NCBI RefSeq assembly: GCF_018977255.1
Contig: NW_024704747.1
Coordinates: 19,406,001-19,470,000, forward strand
Direction: 5' to 3'
Length of the DNA: 64,000 nt
From: Callorhinchus milii
Taxonomy: Eukaryota
The notes under the pieces: model-generated
The model's input: only the letters and a program-made list of their open reading frames with translations
Told to the model about the DNA's origin: nothing
The model's database searches: none
In this document: positions 62,090-64,000 of the stretch, in pieces
How the letters are laid out: each line of letters starts with the position of its first letter
Numbering within the stretch: the stretch's first letter is position 1
Made by a program: the position numbers and the translations under genes

Positions 62090-62350
62090 CAGCAAAAGGG
62101 GAGTTTAAGAGATTTATTTTTTTACACAGAGGGTTGTTAGGGCGTAGAACTATTAAGTGTGGTGGTCGAGACAGAAATCATATAGCTTTCAAGAGGGAAC
62201 TTGATATATATCTAAAGAGGGATAATTTGTGGGTATATGTGTAGGGAAAAGGCAGGTAAATGGAGCTGAATGGATTGCTCTTTTAACAAGTTAGCACAAA
62301 CATGATGGGTGACTGACCTTCTTCTGTGCTGTAAATATCTATGATTCTAT
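62090..62350 (+). mobile_element. CR1 3' end fragment
   Basis: tttttacacagagggttgttagg...gcacaaacatgatgggtgactgaccttcttctgtgctgtaaatatctatgattctat. Confidence 0.75.
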
Positions 62351-62789
62351 TTATCCAGCCTGAACATAGGCCATCAGCTGAATGAAAATGCCACCATAGA
62401 AGATTTGTTGCTGAATAATTTAAAACAGTGTAAGGACTTTGAGATATCCACCAAAACAAACTAGGTAACTGCATTGTTTTTACACTTGCTGGGATGCCAG
62501 GTTTATGTGAGCACAGAAACAACATCCACACTTTAAGGTCAACCTAAGCAACTCCTCAATAGACAACCAATATAACATCAGCAACCAACACCAGCAATCA
62601 GCAATAGAAAATGGTTAATCTCATGCAAATTGTGCTCCGTTAACTAGGATATTAAAACAATGCCAATTAATATGAGGTAGCTCAACCTGTTCGGCATTTA
62701 TTATAATGATAAGAAAGCCATTCTTAAAATGTCCAAAAGGTACATAGAAGCCACTTTTGTTGGTTTAGTTTTAAAACAACCACTTTACA

Positions 62790-63040
62790 AGATCATAAGG
62801 TTAGTCTGGATGAAGAAAGCCCTTTGGCCTATCCAATCACATCTCTCCAGAACACCCACCCTACCGTCCCCCATCACAGCATCGAGCTGTCTTTTTAAAA
62901 CAAGTCCAATATCCTAGTCTCAACTTCCCTTCCTGGCAACATGTCCCAGTCGTTAATTACAATCAAAGTAAAAAATCACTTCCGAGCATCTGTCCTGATA
63001 TTGCCCCTAACAACTCTGAAACTGTGTCCTCTTATTCTTT
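62790..63040 (-). mobile_element. CR1 3' end fragment
   Basis: Homologous to 44815-45070. Confidence 0.7.
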
Positions 63041-63372
63041 TAAATTCTCCTTCAGAAAGACAGTTCTGGAGTCTGAGAATGCCACATGATCACAAGCGAT
63101 ATGCAGAACATGTGACTCACACGCAGTTACAAAAATAACACCATACATAGTCCAACACGTAGTGCAGTGATGTCATGAACAACCAGCTGACATAAAAACA
63201 AAGGCCCAGTAACGTTCATTAGGCAAATATTGCCATTTTAGGATCTCAAAGGATTTACATCATGATTTTTTTCCTTGCAGCTACTCATTTTGATCAGTCC
63301 TGTAGATAAGAGCATTTAAGTGTTTATTATTATGAATATTTGTCCTATTATTATGAATGTCCATACCAGGTA

Positions 63373-63490
63373 TCAGCCTTGGCTCAATTGGTAGTATTCC
63401 CGCGTCTGAGTCAGAAAATTTAGGTTGCGGGTTGTGTACCGAGCCCCACGTTATCGATTTTGAATGCATAGTCTAGGATGATGAATGAAG
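63373..63490 (+). mobile_element. SINE head fragment
   Basis: cagccttggctcaattggtagtattcccgcgtctgagtcagaa. Confidence 0.7.
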
Positions 63491-64000
63491 CACTGAACTG
63501 TCCTCCTAACATGAAATCAAAATAAAAGTAGCATTTATTATTTCTGTATCCGTGACTTTTCGTCAGGGATAGCAAGCAGGATTTTTCTTCCCACAAATCC
63601 AGAGCCCTGAGGCCAACTGAGATCAGGGATGTGACTGAGCACTGCATCAGGCTACACTTTAATCGTTGTGCCCATGGGGGAACCTGGAGATAGCTCCAAG
63701 TGTATTGCCAAATAAAATGTTCTGCTCTTTTAAAATATCTGTGCGCACTCGGTATCCACATAATCCACAGAAGGCATAAATTATTTCAGTGGTAATGGTG
63801 AGTATCAGCTGAGAAAGCAAATTGCCTGTTACGAAGGATGAAACATATTGTGGAAGGTGCCTGCAATAAGCGCTCTGGGATTCTGGTGCGGGGTTCTATA
63901 TAAATGCAAGTTGTTGTTGAGGCAATGATTCACAGAGATAGAGAGAGTGAGAACCACCCCCCCAACCCACCACCTGCATCTGCTTGTCTGTTTTGCTTCC

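Noticed and set aside
39400-64000. A neighbouring protein-coding gene upstream of DGK
   Set aside because: I found no exon with recognisable protein homology, and most listed ORFs overlap SINE or LINE fragments or are short. Small exons could have been missed by eye.

Overview
Eukaryotic, repeat-rich vertebrate DNA. The repeat complement (tRNA-headed SINEs with a Deu-type domain and L2-like tails, L2, CR1 and Penelope fragments) points to a cartilaginous fish, possibly a chimaera such as Callorhinchus; the species is my inference. The only protein-coding gene I can support is the 5' end of a type I diacylglycerol kinase on the minus strand, most likely DGKG. Its coding exons at 13028-13094 and 2658-2734 splice in frame to [48 protein letters not shown], and the gene continues off the left edge. 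A probable non-coding exon 1 has its donor at 37797/37798 and runs into an assembly gap inside a CpG-rich, simple-repeat-rich promoter region (about 35.3-39.3 kb). The right 25 kb is upstream or intergenic sequence with no recognisable CDS. The ORF track is almost entirely repeat-derived or spurious, and it misses both real exons. The most interesting observations are: candidate alternative exons giving DGK a hydrophobic, Cys-rich N-terminus; a 5'UTR with nine upstream AUGs; Penelope repeats with hammerhead-ribozyme motifs; a triple nested insertion with readable target-site duplications (TSDs); a 22-unit G-run minisatellite near the promoter; and palindromic MITE-like elements. I found no prokaryote-type system such as CRISPR, and none of the novel candidates is proven from sequence alone. 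Boundaries of degraded repeats are approximate.
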